Of a DNA stretch of 63,863 nt, positions 62,274 to 63,863 are shown in pieces. The position numbers and the translations under genes were made by a program. Position 1 is the first letter of the stretch. Each line of letters begins with the position of its first letter. The notes below the pieces were generated by a model. It was given only the letters and a program-made list of their open reading frames with translations. It ran no database searches and was not told the origin of the DNA. The DNA lies in contig NC_045732.1 of the NCBI RefSeq assembly GCF_009834535.1, forward strand, positions 14,508,138 through 14,572,000, given 5' to 3'. Origin of the DNA: Camelus ferus (Eukaryota).

Positions 62274-62794
62274 TTCAAGACACTGTACATGAAAAACTAG
62301 AAGAAACTGATCAGCAAATACTCTCTAATTTCCTCTTTCAACATATGCTGACACATTTTATCTCTTCGATGCTGTAAACTTAATCCAAAATGTGTACATG
62401 CATTGATCCTGTATCATTTGTTGCTGTATTTGAGTCATGAACCTTACTTAGCATCTTACTGAAATGCCGTAAGGCCAGGACGGCTCTTGGAGGAAGATTC
62501 CCTGAAATTCAGTGCAGACTTTTATGCCTTCATTAAGAATTGTATGCCAAGATGACACTTTTTAAAACCAACCAGGGCCTGTAAATGCCTGTAAAACTCG
62601 GCAACATTTGCAGCTGGTGGAAGGATCTCAAAACTGGTTTCAAAGCAGACATTTAAAGATCATAATATTTGTACGAAGAGCTCTTTAAAGGGAAAGAAGA
62701 GAGCTGGTTTTAGTTGGAAATCAATGAAGACACAAGTCGTTTGTCTCTGCCTTTTGCTAAAGTAACTAACCTCTCTTAATGACGATGTATTTAG

Positions 62795-63005
62795 ATTAAC
62801 AACAGAAAGAGCAGAACTAGCCCTGGTATCGGCCTTACAAGACTTTACATTCTGAAAAGGTCATTAATCAGCAAACAATCTATAAAGACAACTGAAAGAA
62901 AATGTGTTCCAACTGCCTCATTCCCTGGTCTTGGTTATAATCCAAGAGTAAATCCTCCAAGTCTAAATCTTGCTACCCATAAAACTTCTTATCTGCCTTT
63001 ACTCG
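62795..63005 (+). CDS. Candidate downstream coding exon (211 nt)
   Basis: Branch ctaac, acceptor atgtatttag|A, donor CTCG|gtaaag. Phase-0 frame INNRKSRTSPGIGLTRLYILKRSLISKQSIKTTERKCVPTASFPGLGYNPRVNPPSLNLATHKTSYLPLL is open; the other two frames are closed. Confidence 0.35.
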
Positions 63006-63863
63006 GTAAAGGCCATCAACCAAATCTCTGCACACTGCTTTTCCCATGGAGGAATGAGGCTGGAAGTTTGTTCACTAAGAGGCCCTAGGTGGGAAGGAAG
63101 AATAAGCATGAACTCTACCAGAAATCTTCATCAGCCTTCTTGTGTAAAGCTGAAATGGATTTAGACAAAGCTTTTCTTCAGGGGTTTCATAAACATTGTT
63201 ATTTGCCCAGGAATAATTTATCCTAATTGAAAAAGTGCATTTTAAAAGCTGTTGACAATTGTGCATGGGTTATTTCATAGGACACAGGAAGCTGACCAAT
63301 GTAACACTTCTATGGCAAGTCACACTACCGAGGGATTTTGTTGGCTTTCACGATTTTCTTGTATGATATTTTATGGTTTTTGATTTAGCACCAGATGCAC
63401 ATTTGGTATGAATGGCATAATCTCTTTCAAAGGGTGTTTACAGAGAGATGAAAAGTAATTAGGATCATTTTTTTCATCTTTTTTTTTTTCCTCTGATGGG
63501 TTAATGACATGCATTGTGCAAGTCCCACATTTTTATTTGGGCCAAAGAGAGAAATATTTGACACAGTCCATCTCAGTCTAACTTGTGATTTGGCTTTAAG
63601 CCCTCTTATGAGTAGCTTGCATCTTGTGATCTATTTAATACCTTGCCTTCCTTACTAATAAAATCAAAACCAGGCCACGTTCAGGGTGATAAACTGGAAA
63701 GAATGTGGCTCATCTGAGAGGGCGGGCGTGTACCCAGCATTCTTCTCAAAGAACAGCGTGGATCCTCACAAATGTAGAGGGTGGGAGTGTGGAAGTTCTG
63801 GGCCTCCTCAGTTTAACTCTTTATTAGGGGCCTTTTGAGTCTTTATTAATGACAATTTAAACA

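Noticed and set aside
62465-62555. Peptide LEEDSLKFSADFYAFIKNC resembling the C-lobe of STE-family kinases
   Set aside because: The frame is closed by stops on both sides within about 30 codons, with no other kinase motifs or splice sites; likely coincidence.
1-63863. Window-wide enrichment of TGACG half-CREs
   Set aside because: A rough by-eye count is near what base composition predicts; only the clustered promoter instances are reported.
1-63863. CRISPR arrays, operons or other prokaryotic/viral systems
   Set aside because: No regularly spaced repeats and no long intronless ORFs; the sequence is mammalian, with only a solo LTR as retroviral trace.

Overview
Mammalian genomic DNA, almost certainly camelid (Vicugna/Camelus/Lama). 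The assignment rests on four tRNA-Ala-derived Vic-1-type SINEs and many cetartiodactyl-type L1 3' stubs, with no BovB, CHR or PRE SINEs recognised. Much of the window is transposon-derived: a 3.6-kb old L1, L2, MIR, hAT MITEs, MaLR LTRs and one well-preserved ERV1 solo LTR. There are four assembly N-runs. I saw no prokaryotic features, CRISPR array or true RNA gene, and most ORF-track entries are chance ORFs. Reading splice signals by eye suggests two divergent spliced loci that I cannot name. (1) A minus-strand gene from a CpG island at about 12.3 kb with TATA, palindromic CRE and X-box; its first two plausible exons join in frame to an 84-aa ORF. (2) A plus-strand multi-exon locus from a CCAAT/CRE/X-box promoter at about 19.5 kb, with frame-compatible exons at 28.0 and 35.1 kb and further candidates at 27.1, 40.9, 41.8 and 62.8 kb. 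Some of those carry single in-frame stops, so it may be a decaying unitary pseudogene or a lncRNA. Repeat family names come from my recollection of consensus sequences, and most repeat boundaries are approximate. I found no evidence of a wholly new biological system. The best leads are the two unnamed RFX/CRE-type loci and their small ORFs.
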